DNA of 64,000 nt from a virus (lineage: Duplodnaviria; Caudoviricetes). This document shows, one piece after another, positions 29,228-39,432 of the stretch (positions are counted from its first letter, which is position 1; each line of letters opens with the position of its first letter). The notes beneath the pieces were generated by a model, which was not told the DNA's origin, did not search any database, and worked only from the letters and a program-made list of their open reading frames with translations. A program made the translations under genes and the position numbers. The DNA lies in the IMG/VR virus record IMGVR_UViG_3300028914_000064, positions 1 to 64,000 of that record; one strand, written 5' to 3'.

Positions 29228-30511
29228 ATGGCAAAGCCTACATTTACTAGAGGCGGAACTGCTGGTATAGATCTAGAACCCCTCGTTGATGGTCAGATTC
29301 TTTTTGATGAAGGCCGTACTAGAATACTTCTTGATGCTTATATTGATGGAACTCTTACTCGTCTTGTAATGACTGAGAAGGATACTTTTAATGGAACTAA
29401 GGCAGAATGGGATTCTCTTACTAATGCACAAAAAGAGATTTTTACTTATGTAAATATTACTGACGATTATGAATTTAAAAGTGCAGTATTTGTTGGAGCT
29501 ACTGCTCAGTCTGATGGAGAAGCAGGTCTTGTTCCTGAACCTAAAATTGCGGATAGAAATAAAATCCTTTGCGGAAATGGTCAATGGGTTGATCATATTA
29601 TTGATGCAAATTTAGATTCTTCAAGTGAAAATCCTGTTCAGAATAGAACGATAACTAATGCTCTTAGTGGAAAGTTAAATTCGTCATTAAAAGGTGTGGC
29701 AAATGGTCTTGCAGAACTTGATAATACTGGTAAGATTCCAGCTTCTCAGCTTCCAGGTGGAGTTAATCTTCTTGAGAAATACCCTACCGTAAATGATTTT
29801 CCTGCTGTTGGCGATGATTATACTATGTATGTTGCAGAAGATACGAATTTTGTATATCGTTGGACTGGTTCTGATTATGTTCAGATTGATGCATCAATTC
29901 AGATCGGAGAAACATCGCAAACTGCATTTCGAGGAGATCATGGTAAGGTTGCTTATGATCATGCTTATACTAACAAAGGTATTGCTCTTGTAAATGGCTT
30001 ATATAAGATAACAACTAATTCTGAAGGACATGTGACTGCCGGAACTACTGTTACAAAATCAGATATTACAGATCTTGGTATACCTGGATCTGTAACAGAA
30101 TATAGTGTTACGGATGTTTCTGGAGCTATTTCAGATTTAAGTGATTTTGTTAGTAAATCAGCAAAAGGAAAGCTTGTCTCAAACTTTATTATTACTGATA
30201 CTAATAATATTTTTGGACTTGGTTCTGGAGCAACTGTCAGAGGAAGTATTCAGTACACGAATGCTTATGATGGAACAAATGAGGTTGGGGGTAATGGAGT
30301 TATTTATACTTCCAGTTCTATTAATCCTATTTTTATTAAGATTACAGGTACTTCTTCATTCACATTAACAAAGCAGAATATCGTAACGCCTACTAAAGCA
30401 GATATCGGTCTTGGTAATGTGGAAAATTTGGATTATAAAAAGATGTTTACATATTCAGCTTCTGAACCTTCTGGTGTTTGGAATGGATGTGTCTGGGTAG
30501 CATCTTCTTGA
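29228..30511 (+). CDS. Tail fibre-like protein
   Basis: GEAGLVPEP, SENPVQN, KGVANGLAELD, TKADIGLGNVEN fibre motifs. Confidence 0.7.
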   Translation: MAKPTFTRGGTAGIDLEPLVDGQILFDEGRTRILLDAYIDGTLTRLVMTEKDTFNGTKAEWDSLTNAQKEIFTYVNITDDYEFKSAVFVGATAQSDGEAGLVPEPKIADRNKILCGNGQWVDHIIDANLDSSSENPVQNRTITNALSGKLNSSLKGVANGLAELDNTGKIPASQLPGGVNLLEKYPTVNDFPAVGDDYTMYVAEDTNFVYRWTGSDYVQIDASIQIGETSQTAFRGDHGKVAYDHAYTNKGIALVNGLYKITTNSEGHVTAGTTVTKSDITDLGIPGSVTEYSVTDVSGAISDLSDFVSKSAKGKLVSNFIITDTNNIFGLGSGATVRGSIQYTNAYDGTNEVGGNGVIYTSSSINPIFIKITGTSSFTLTKQNIVTPTKADIGLGNVENLDYKKMFTYSASEPSGVWNGCVWVASS

Positions 30512-30530
30512 ATAAAAGGAGGATTAAGTT

Positions 30531-30860
30531 ATGGCAGATTATACGCATGAATATAGTAATTTCCCAGAGACTTTATATACTCTCCATAATTTTTTAGATC
30601 TAAAGGATGCTCCTGCTAATGTAGCCAGTATCGTTTATGAGATAAAGGAACTTATTTTGATGGAAAGTTATAATCAAGCTGCTTTAAAGCTTGAAGAAAA
30701 TAAGAATATTCTTTCTCAGTATTTTATAGATGCTACTTTTATAAATACATTAGATGAGGAACTTAGAAATCTTGAGATCTATACTAAATCAAAAAAGCAA
30801 GCATTATATTATACTCCTGAAGAACCGGAAGGCGTGTCCGGTGATGTTTGGATAAGTTAG
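30531..30860 (+). CDS. Phage structural protein
   Basis: RBS; resembles the next gene (S/VFPE...F.DL...Y..A). Confidence 0.6.
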   Translation: MADYTHEYSNFPETLYTLHNFLDLKDAPANVASIVYEIKELILMESYNQAALKLEENKNILSQYFIDATFINTLDEELRNLEIYTKSKKQALYYTPEEPEGVSGDVWIS

Positions 30861-31195
30861 TCTTGCATAATACAAATACTGTTTTCCCAGAGTCTTTTGA
30901 TAACAGATTTTTCTTTAGCGATCTTCGTCTTCGACACGCCAATATAATGAGAGGATATAGAGATCTTCTTCTAGAAAAAGACTATGTGGGAGCATCTCAG
31001 TATCTTTATAATAATATTGAGGTGGCAAATCGGGACATGGATTACAATGGTGCGTATTTATGGAATACTTTAGAAAATCGTATTTTTGCCATAGAAAATT
31101 ATGTTGTTTCTTTGGGTGGTTCAAACGTTCGCCCACATTATTCTAACGTGCCACCAACACAATTATTGGAGCATATGTCATGGATTTGCGATTAA
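30848..31195 (+). CDS. Phage structural protein
   Basis: Last gene of the operon, followed by a terminator. Confidence 0.55.
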   Translation: MDKLVLHNTNTVFPESFDNRFFFSDLRLRHANIMRGYRDLLLEKDYVGASQYLYNNIEVANRDMDYNGAYLWNTLENRIFAIENYVVSLGGSNVRPHYSNVPPTQLLEHMSWICD

Positions 31196-31199
31196 TTTT

Positions 31200-31234
31200 A
31201 GGGAATTATGGTTTTGGCCATAATTCCCTTTTTT
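31200..31234 (+). terminator. Intrinsic terminator ending the virion operon
   Basis: GGGAATTATGG-TTTTGG-CCATAATTCCC followed by T6. Confidence 0.85.
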
Positions 31235-31289
31235 CGCATTTTCGATTCAGTATTCATCTGATTTGTAGCATAGCATTAAAATTTCCTAG

Positions 31290-32020
31290 CTGTTTTTGAT
31301 TTTTTTATCTTTTTTATATATTTGTCCATTTTAAATATTAAACGTCTTTTATGGGGTAAATTTTGATTTTTAAAATAAATATCACATTTATGATATCACT
31401 AATTTAATATAAGTATATTAATATTATGATATTAGATTATATATAGCACTTTCTATATATTGATATTTTTATATTTATTTATTGATACATATATTATAAT
31501 TCTTATTTATATATAGCAATATTAATATATTTATTTTTATATCGCAGTATTATATATTAGATATTTATATTTCAGTATATATATTTTGATTTTATATTAT
31601 ATAAATTCATATATATATTTTATATATTCAATATATATATTTTTGTTTTATGATATTTATATTCATAAATTGTTTTAATAATATCAATATTATAAAAGCA
31701 ATTTATTTATTTCACTATTATGAAAGCAGATTTTAAATATATGTTTATAAATATCAATATTGACATATCAAATTTTGTATATTACAATTAGAAAACCTAT
31801 TTTATGATTTTAATATTTTGTTATTGATTTATAAATTTGTATTTTTATATTTATATTTGTATATTTTGATTTTTATATTTTGCTATTTTGATATTTATTT
31901 TTTGATTGTATTTTTATGATATTGCTATATTCAAATTGCTATCCATATATCAATTTTATTATTCCTATTTTGTAATTGTGATATTTATATTTAAATATCG
32001 TAATATATATTTTTATTAAT
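31290..32020. promoter_or_regulatory. Extremely AT-rich non-coding tract, probable partition centromere (parS/parC)
   Basis: About 730 bp without ORF; dispersed ATA(T/G)CAAT motifs in both orientations; directly upstream of parA. Confidence 0.55.
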
Positions 32021-32037
32021 CAAAGGAGAATGTAAAG

Positions 32038-32835
32038 ATGAGTATCAACATCGCTATTGCAAATCAAAAAGGGGGAGTAGGAAAAACAACGACTACAATT
32101 ATCTTAGCTGATGCGTTAAAGCATTTTGGGTTAAAGGTACTTGCAATCGATCTAGATCCACAGTGTAATACGACGGACACATATGGAGCAAAAATGGATG
32201 ATGTAAACACTATTTATGATGTTCTTGATGGAGAATGTAAAACGGAAGATGCAATCCAAAAATTAGTACTTGGAGACATTATTCCGGGTGATAAACTTCT
32301 CGCGGACAATCTAGACCATTTTAATGCTAAGATGTCACGTGAGTTACTTCTAAAAAAGAAATTAAAGGAAGTAGAAAAAAAATATGATTTTGTTATTATT
32401 GACACTCCTCCTACACTAGGTTTATATATGATAAATGCACTTGCTGCTTCAAGTGGCTGTGTTATTCCTTTAAAGGCAGAGCGTTATTCCGTTAGTGGTC
32501 TTGGAGAACTTTTTTCAACAATAAAGAACATAAAAGAAGCTGGTGTTAATGAAGACCTTCGTGTCTATGGTACACTGATAACTAATTTTGATACAAGAAA
32601 TGATCTTGATAGAAGACTTAAAATGGAGCTTCCTGAAACAGCACTTCAGTATAATTTTAGAAATTTCAATTCCTATATACGAATCTGTCAAGATATCAAG
32701 AAATCACAAAATCTTGATTTTGAGGAAAATGAGACTATAAATCGTTCTTTGTTTGATAATTTCCCAAACAGTAATGCGGCTGAAGATTATGTTAGATTTA
32801 CAAAAGAGTTGTTGGAGGTAATCAAAAATGGCTAA
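32038..32835 (+). CDS. parA: ParA/Soj partition ATPase
   Basis: NQKGGVGKTT deviant Walker A; IDLDPQ; IIDTPP. Confidence 0.93.
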   Translation: MSINIAIANQKGGVGKTTTTIILADALKHFGLKVLAIDLDPQCNTTDTYGAKMDDVNTIYDVLDGECKTEDAIQKLVLGDIIPGDKLLADNLDHFNAKMSRELLLKKKLKEVEKKYDFVIIDTPPTLGLYMINALAASSGCVIPLKAERYSVSGLGELFSTIKNIKEAGVNEDLRVYGTLITNFDTRNDLDRRLKMELPETALQYNFRNFNSYIRICQDIKKSQNLDFEENETINRSLFDNFPNSNAAEDYVRFTKELLEVIKNG

Positions 32836-33184
32836 ATCAACTAAAACAAGTAATCTATTCTCAGGTTTTAATCCTCCTACATTTTCTTCAACTATATCAG
32901 AAGAGGTAGAGGAAAAGATTTCAAAAGAAATTCCAGAAGTAGTATCTGAGAAAAAAGTTGTTGTAGAAGAGAAGAAAGAAATTGTGAAGAAAAAGCCTTC
33001 TGCACAGCAATTTGTATTTAAGAGAGGTCGTCCAAAAGAACTTGTTGGAAAACAACATCTTTATTCCGCAAGAATAAATGAAGATTTATTTAAACTTGCG
33101 AAGAAAACTGCTGAAAAAAATTTTGATAATAGTGTAAATGCATATCTTAATTATTTGATTGCGAAAGATCAAGGGTTGATGTGA
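32828..33184 (+). CDS. Small ribbon-helix-helix centromere-binding protein (type Ib partner)
   Basis: Overlaps parA; disordered N-terminus, RGRPK, C-terminal YSARINEDLFKLAK...SVNAYLNYLI. Confidence 0.7.
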   Translation: MAKSTKTSNLFSGFNPPTFSSTISEEVEEKISKEIPEVVSEKKVVVEEKKEIVKKKPSAQQFVFKRGRPKELVGKQHLYSARINEDLFKLAKKTAEKNFDNSVNAYLNYLIAKDQGLM

Positions 33185-33404
33185 TGTTATATCAGTTTTT
33201 TGAGATATTTGACTATCATAAAATTTTTGTTATAAAATTCTAAGGTAAAGAAATGATGTATCTGGATTAACAAGACAACAAAAGAGCTAGGAGTTACCGC
33301 TTCTAGCTCTTTTTATCCATTTTGGTTAAGACTGTTTATGTTTTAAGTTCTTTATTCTCAATAGTTATAAAAGGGGATATTAATTAAAAAATATAAATTA
33401 TATT

Positions 33405-33690
33405 GACTATAAGAAAACTTTTGCTATAATGAATTTAAGGCAAGCGATATGATTGGTAATCGTGATGACAAAAGACCTAGAGAGTCACATTCTCTAGGTC
33501 TTTTTATTCCATTTAGGCAGGGCGGATTAAACCCTAGGCTAGTTGCCTTAATAGTTTCCATCTAACCATTTGCAAATGTAGTAAGCTACTATACTTGCCA
33601 TAATGGAAACAAAAAACGATATGAGTAAGTCCGTGATGACACACCCCCTTTCTTGGCCAATATAGAGGGCGGCAACGTTTAAGATTATAA
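33405..33690. other. Type I TA locus 2 (Fst-like toxin plus convergent small RNA)
   Basis: Minus-strand peptide TDLLISFFVSIMASIVAYYICKWLDGNY (33548-33634); + strand TTGACT-N17-TATAAT promoter and AAAAGACCTAGAGA...TCTCTAGGTCTTTT terminator. Confidence 0.72.
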
Positions 33691-33834
33691 CATAATAATA
33701 TTATTATCAAAAGTTATAAAAAGGGATTTTTTTTTGGATTTTTCATAGAAAGGGAGGGTTACACATTCCTACTTTGTGCAACCCTCTAAGACAATTTTCA
33801 CTATTCAATTTATATTATATCATTTTTCAGTATA

Positions 33835-34008
33835 TTATGTTGACCTATATTTTAAAAATTTTTGCTCGTATATTTCATCCCATTCATCATCGAGGATCCA
33901 ATCATCATCCGAAGGAATATCTTCGATTTTTATAGCGTTTTTGTGTAATAATTCTCTGTTCTCTTTAAGAAACTCCTTATAATCTTCAACAGATCTTATA
34001 TTAGCCAT
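33835..34008 (-). CDS. Small acidic hypothetical protein
   Basis: AAGGAGTG RBS; MANIRSVEDY... Confidence 0.55.
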   Translation of the reverse strand: MANIRSVEDYKEFLKENRELLHKNAIKIEDIPSDDDWILDDEWDEIYEQKFLKYRST

Positions 34009-34176
34009 AGAATCACTCCTTTCTATCACGCAATACAATTGTATTATTTTTTTAAAAGATAACAATACTATTTTATTGACAATAGTTGTTGTTATTAATT
34101 GTTATTAATAACAACATATATTAATTCTTTTATATTAGGAGGCTTATAAATCGCATGGTTGAGCCATTTCTTATGT

Positions 34177-34490
34177 TGAATTTCCTAGAATTTGGGTATG
34201 AATTTCCTAGAATTCGGGTATGAGTTTCCTAGAATTTGGGTATGAATTTCCTAGAATCTAGAACAAAAAATGGCATAAAAAAACACCCCAATTTCCTAGA
34301 ATTTGGGTGTGACTTTCCTAGAAATCGGAATGTATCTCCTAGAATTTAGAATCGTTTCCTAGAATTTAGAACATTTTAAAAAAGGCCGTATTTATGGGGA
34401 ATTTTAAAAATAATAAAAATTCTGTTTTCTAGGAGATTTTACGGAATGTTTTATTTACTAAGCTTTAAAATATTCTATATTCTAGGAGAG
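34177..34490. repeat. Iteron array (replication origin)
   Basis: 22-bp tandem units TGAATTTCCTAGAATTTGGGTA (4 copies), a second block of 4 TCCTAGAA units at about 34290-34370, and inverted TTCTAGGAG copies near 34427 and 34480. Confidence 0.88.
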
Positions 34491-34597
34491 TAATTTTCTG
34501 GATTCTAGTACATTGCCAAATTCCCTATAAAAATGGGATTGACAGTTTATTTTTTTTTAATTACAATTAAAAGAACTGAGAGAGGGGCGGTATAATC

Positions 34598-35839
34598 ATG
34601 GGGCGAGAAAAGACACAAGATAGTATCACTGAAATTCTTTCAAGTAAAAAATATACAAAATCTAATGCTTTGGTCAATGCGAAAGGGAAGGCTGGATTGT
34701 TAGCTGAAAAACTTTTTGCTGTAGGAATTCAACGAGCAGTTGAAGATGAAAAGACCGGCATTCTTACAACAACAATCCGAGGAATAGAACTAAAGAAAAT
34801 ATTTCAAACTAATAGAGGATCTTTTTATGCTGATGTCAGTGCTTTAGTAGATCCTCCGACGAATGATTCTCCCTCTTTACTTGATTGGAGAATCATCTAT
34901 AAGGACGATAACTCACAAACTATTGAAGCAATGAATGTTATTACGGATTGCTCTTTTAAAAAAGGTGTTTTCGAGATAAGATTTAATAGCAAGATTACTC
35001 CACAAGTAAGAAGATTACAAGCGAATTATACTGTTTTTTCACTTGCAGATACGATGCCATTAAAAAGTATCTATTCGTTTAAGCTGTATGAAATTTTAAA
35101 GTCTGAATATGATAAACAGGACTACGTAGCAAAGAAAGAAGAATCTTGGCAGCCTAATGCTGTTTATATAATGGACATGCATATAGTAGACTTAAAATTA
35201 AGAGTAGGAGTTATTGATAGTTCATGGAGTAGTGAGATATCAGAAGAACTTAGAAAATTAGAGCCAAATTATGATATTATTGAAAAGATAGTAGACGAAC
35301 AGCTAAAGAACGAAGGAGTTATTGATAAAAACAAGAAAACTTATAAAAGTTATAAGAGGATAGATAATTTTAAAAAAAATGTTCTTGATAGAGCAAGAGA
35401 TGAATTAAAAGAAAAAACGTCCATTAAGTTTGAATATAAAAATTTAACAGGTGGACCTGGAGGAAAAATAAATGGCATAAGATTTTTTATTTCTCGGAAC
35501 ACAAAAGACTCTGACAATATTGAAATTAGTGAGAATCCGAAAGAAGCTTTATCGAAAGAAGAAAAATTTGAAATACTTGATTCTATTGCTGATATTATAG
35601 GAGACTCATTCTCATACAAAGAAATCAAAATAATTGCTGAAAAATCTGAATATAATATTGAGAAAGTTAAAAGCGCTTATAATGTTATGAGACAAAGTAA
35701 AACAAGAATAGATAACCCAATAGCATGGATGATAAGTGCTATAGAAAATAATTATCAGAACAAAAATAATAGTTTCAGCAATTTTAAGCAGAACACTTAT
35801 GATTTTGCAAAATTGGAAGAGCAGCTTTTGGAAAATTAA
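34598..35839 (+). CDS. Plasmid replication initiator (Rep_3/RepB-type)
   Basis: KSNALVNA; LKSIYSFKLYEILKS; FKKNVLDRA..EL; C-terminal FSNFKQNTYDFAKLE; adjacent iterons. Confidence 0.85.
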   Translation: MGREKTQDSITEILSSKKYTKSNALVNAKGKAGLLAEKLFAVGIQRAVEDEKTGILTTTIRGIELKKIFQTNRGSFYADVSALVDPPTNDSPSLLDWRIIYKDDNSQTIEAMNVITDCSFKKGVFEIRFNSKITPQVRRLQANYTVFSLADTMPLKSIYSFKLYEILKSEYDKQDYVAKKEESWQPNAVYIMDMHIVDLKLRVGVIDSSWSSEISEELRKLEPNYDIIEKIVDEQLKNEGVIDKNKKTYKSYKRIDNFKKNVLDRARDELKEKTSIKFEYKNLTGGPGGKINGIRFFISRNTKDSDNIEISENPKEALSKEEKFEILDSIADIIGDSFSYKEIKIIAEKSEYNIEKVKSAYNVMRQSKTRIDNPIAWMISAIENNYQNKNNSFSNFKQNTYDFAKLEEQLLEN

Positions 35840-35973
35840 AATTGTTAAATCATTTAAAGGGAAAAGCAAATAGATAGTTGTTGTTTTTGCTGATTCTCAA
35901 TCATTATATATCTAAATTAAAATCATTATTTTTATTTATTATAAGTTCCCAAAAAACATAATCGGAGGAAAAC

Positions 35974-37452
35974 ATGTACGGACCGCATACAAAGGAAGAC
36001 TTCAAGCTTTTTCTCAAAGATGTAGAGGACTGTAAGAGATTAAGTGGAAAATCGGAATATGATTTTAGATTAAGAAGAAGGACATTAAATGTTGTTTGGA
36101 TGATTACTGATTCTCTTAGAGAGATTCCATTTGAAGAACTAATGAGTAATATGTATTTTAAATGTTCCGATGATATGAAACCAATCTTAAATTTTTATGA
36201 AGACTGTCTTATTGATAGCAAACTTAATAATGATCAATTTAGATTGAAATTACATGATCGATTATTGGTTTTTCGTGATAAGATTAAAGCTGAGCACAAG
36301 CAATGTATTTTAGTTGAATTTTTTAACATATTGACACAAGCTTGTATAAGAAAAGATTATTCTAAACCTATAATTAAAAAGATATTCAGTGCATATCTTT
36401 CTTTAGTACAACAAAGCATTACATATTTTTATGATGATATTCATAAATATTTTTATGCAGTAAAAGATGATGGAACATTTTTAACAATAGATGATCCTTG
36501 GCCTATGATTGATTGGGCTCATGAAGAGTATGCTGATAAGACATTTAAAAGCATAGTAGAAGGAAAGGAAATTGATACAAAAAGGCTATTAGAAGAAACT
36601 AAGAAGAGATATGCGAAATATGGAATGATAGTTCATGATGTCGAAGATATGATCCAGATAAGCACGATTTCTAATAATTTTGGAAATGTAACAGCGTCTA
36701 TGGCTTATTATATGTCTGAGCAGACCAAGGATATGCTTCCTCAAAATGAAGTGGGGCTTAAAATTGAAAGCAATCCAAAAAAATGGTTGAATACAGAGTA
36801 TTATAAAGAGAGACTGCTTAAGAGAAATTTTGCATTGCCCGGATGCATAAAAACAACATGTGAATTTGCGGGAGATATTAAGGAAGTATATTTTAGAGAA
36901 GTTATCAAAGATGACAATGTTGTTATGCTTTATAGAGTAGTGACAAAAACTAGGGGAGAATATTCGGATATTCCAGGTTATTATATTCCTAATGAAAAGT
37001 TTATGTTTTTGTATTACAACGTTGCTGAAGGAGCAAGAGAAGAAAGTTCAATTATAGAAAATTTTATCTTGGAATTATATTTTCTTCTTACTGTTAGGCG
37101 TACTGAAGAAGAAAAACAAATGAAACCTTATTCGTTACCACTTATTGCAGAAGAGTATGAAGATGTTTATAAGGAACCAAGATGGAAAAATCAACCGATA
37201 ATATCCTTCTCTTTATATGGGCGAGAAGAAAAGAAAGGAAGGGAACAAAAAAGAGCGTATAAACAAGGTGTTTATGAATATGATGATGCCAAAATTGGAT
37301 GTTTTATAAGAAGATTACCTGTAGGACAGACAGCTTCTTGGGAAGCAATAACAAATGCTGCTAAATATGGGTATGAGCTTGAAAAAGGATATACATTTGT
37401 TACACCATTTGCTAGAAAACAACGTCACATAAAAGTCTTAGGAGGACTATGA
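35974..37452 (+). CDS. Hypothetical protein (492 aa)
   Basis: Long ORF with RBS; no family recognised. Confidence 0.7.
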   Translation: MYGPHTKEDFKLFLKDVEDCKRLSGKSEYDFRLRRRTLNVVWMITDSLREIPFEELMSNMYFKCSDDMKPILNFYEDCLIDSKLNNDQFRLKLHDRLLVFRDKIKAEHKQCILVEFFNILTQACIRKDYSKPIIKKIFSAYLSLVQQSITYFYDDIHKYFYAVKDDGTFLTIDDPWPMIDWAHEEYADKTFKSIVEGKEIDTKRLLEETKKRYAKYGMIVHDVEDMIQISTISNNFGNVTASMAYYMSEQTKDMLPQNEVGLKIESNPKKWLNTEYYKERLLKRNFALPGCIKTTCEFAGDIKEVYFREVIKDDNVVMLYRVVTKTRGEYSDIPGYYIPNEKFMFLYYNVAEGAREESSIIENFILELYFLLTVRRTEEEKQMKPYSLPLIAEEYEDVYKEPRWKNQPIISFSLYGREEKKGREQKRAYKQGVYEYDDAKIGCFIRRLPVGQTASWEAITNAAKYGYELEKGYTFVTPFARKQRHIKVLGGL

Positions 37453-37934
37453 AAACAGAGTATATTCATTACGGATTTTCTGAATTGTTACCCATAAAAC
37501 CGATTAGAAATGAAAGAAATTTTTGGAAGCCTCAAGGGGGATTATGGGCAAGCCCAGTAGATTCTCCTTTAAGTTGGAATATATGGTGTGAAAGTAATCA
37601 TTTTAGAAAAAATGAATTAGGGAATTCTTTTATGTTCACATTGAAAAATGATGCTAAGATAATTCATATATATAGTGTGGATGATTTAAAAGGACTACCA
37701 AGACAAACTACTAACATTTCATTTTTTAATGATCATGCTTGTTATTTGGACTTTGAAAAAATTGAAAAAGAATATGATGGTATTGAATTACATCTATCTG
37801 AGGAACGTTTTGGAGATTCAAAAAATGGAGATGGAATTCATTATGGATTATATTTTACGTTGTATGGATGGGATTGTGATTCTATCATACTTTTTCATAA
37901 TAAAGCAATAGAAAAATGGTGGAAATCGCGATAG
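37449..37934 (+). CDS. Conserved phage hypothetical protein
   Basis: YIHYG...KPQGGLWASP...YDGIE...YGWDCDS. Confidence 0.7.
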   Translation: MKTEYIHYGFSELLPIKPIRNERNFWKPQGGLWASPVDSPLSWNIWCESNHFRKNELGNSFMFTLKNDAKIIHIYSVDDLKGLPRQTTNISFFNDHACYLDFEKIEKEYDGIELHLSEERFGDSKNGDGIHYGLYFTLYGWDCDSIILFHNKAIEKWWKSR

Positions 37935-38031
37935 AAGATAAGTAAATCTACATTTTCGTAAAATTTCGGTTTTACGAAAAACTTATGAGGATAAATTTTG
38001 ATTTTATATAATATTATGGAGAGGGAGAAAA

Positions 38032-38313
38032 ATGGAAAAACAGATATATTATGATTTTGCAAGGAATTTAAAGGAAAAGTTAATAAATGAATGTCATGGA
38101 TATGTAAAGACTGAGATTTATCCAGATATTGATACAATAATAATTAAAATTACTTTTAAAGAGTTTGAGTTTCGTTATCCAATAAATGAAATTGCTGATT
38201 CTTTTTATTGCGGATCATCAGATCAGATAGTAAATAAAATAATAGATAAATATAAGAAGGCGATTTTAAAAGGTTTCTTTAAATCAAAAGAAAAGAAAGA
38301 ACAATATATATAA
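38032..38313 (+). CDS. Hypothetical protein
   Basis: RBS and ORF. Confidence 0.6.
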   Translation: MEKQIYYDFARNLKEKLINECHGYVKTEIYPDIDTIIIKITFKEFEFRYPINEIADSFYCGSSDQIVNKIIDKYKKAILKGFFKSKEKKEQYI

Positions 38314-38355
38314 ATTTGAAAGTATTTTGAGAAAAATGCATTATGTGTTATAATT

Positions 38356-38529
38356 TTACAACAAGTGGTAGCAGTACCCTTGAAGTATAAAAAGCAAATA
38401 AAAACCGCTCAACTTCGCAGGGTAGGAGCGGTTTTTATTATTCTCTATAAATTTGAGAACAAGCTCGATAATGTTAATCAAGCAGTTAATCACTGCTACA
38501 ATAGCTGTTACTAACTTGATATAATCCAT
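38356..38529 (-). CDS. Small hydrophobic peptide, type I toxin-like (locus 3)
   Basis: MDYIKLVTAIVAVINCLINIIELVLKF; GGGAGG RBS; overlapping AAAAACCGCTC...GAGCGGTTTTT hairpin. Confidence 0.5.
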   Translation of the reverse strand: MDYIKLVTAIVAVINCLINIIELVLKFIENNKNRSYPAKLSGFYLLFILQGYCYHLL

Positions 38530-38889
38530 ATCGATGCCGTTCCTCCCTATCAATTACTATCAGTTGTATGCATTATATTTTTTTATTTATAATCTTTATT
38601 TTTAAATATTGTTAATAAGATAATATTTGAAAGTATTCGTATTCAATAGTTTTTATATTTTTCATATATCTTTTAGACGTTCAGTCCTCTTCTATCAAGA
38701 TAAAAATCCCATATTATAGTTTATTGAAAAGTTGTTCTTTGTAATTTTTTTTATAATAGAATTTGAGAAAACAACAAAAAAATATTAATTTTATAAAAAA
38801 AAGATATTTTTTTGTATAAAAAAGTGAATATTCTGTCATTTTAGTGTAAAATAAGAAGAACATATAAATTTTAAAGACGGAACATCAAG

Positions 38890-39432
38890 TTGAGACAAAA
38901 GGAGATAATTATGAGTTTTATCAGATCGATACCGCCAAAAACATTGCACGAACAGTTTGGATTATATCATGGGAATTGGTTCCCTGAAATGGATAGGTCT
39001 TGGGAAGATTTTGATAGAGGTTATTCCGTTTGTTCGAGAATGATAAACACGAAATTTGGGAATGTTGAACATGTTTCAATTGTTAAACATAGAAAAGAAG
39101 GTGAGCCATTAGTAACATTTGATGGAGAAAGAAATCTTACGTGGGCAGAAAAAATGATGATTAAAAATGAGCTTTTTGGAGAAGATCGATTTGCAATAGA
39201 GGTTTTTCCAAAAAAAGAATATCTTGTAGATACTGCTGACACATATCATTTATGGGTATTTAATAAAAAATATGATATGATTTTTGGCATTCATCCAAAA
39301 GAGTATTCAAAGGCAATTAATAGAGGGGTTGCCCCATTGTCTAAGGACGAGCTTACCTTACTTCAGAAAAAATTTGATGAACAAAAAGATAATGGTGTTG
39401 ATTATGAACAACTTTTTAATTATTTATGCTGA
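38890..39432 (+). CDS. Conserved phage hypothetical protein
   Basis: W.E...IKNELFGE..AIEVFP...LVD.A..YHLWV motif. Confidence 0.65.
   Translation: MRQKEIIMSFIRSIPPKTLHEQFGLYHGNWFPEMDRSWEDFDRGYSVCSRMINTKFGNVEHVSIVKHRKEGEPLVTFDGERNLTWAEKMMIKNELFGEDRFAIEVFPKKEYLVDTADTYHLWVFNKKYDMIFGIHPKEYSKAINRGVAPLSKDELTLLQKKFDEQKDNGVDYEQLFNYLC

Noticed and set aside
24176-30511. Diversity-generating retroelement acting on fibre genes
   Set aside because: No reverse transcriptase and no TR/VR pair noticed
31500-31960. ATAGCAAT/ATTGCTAT motifs as extra shufflon sites
   Set aside because: They lack the TTCG arm and open no cassette ORF; better explained as partition boxes
34177-34370. Tandem 22-bp repeats as a CRISPR array
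   Set aside because: No unique spacers; position next to rep identifies them as iterons
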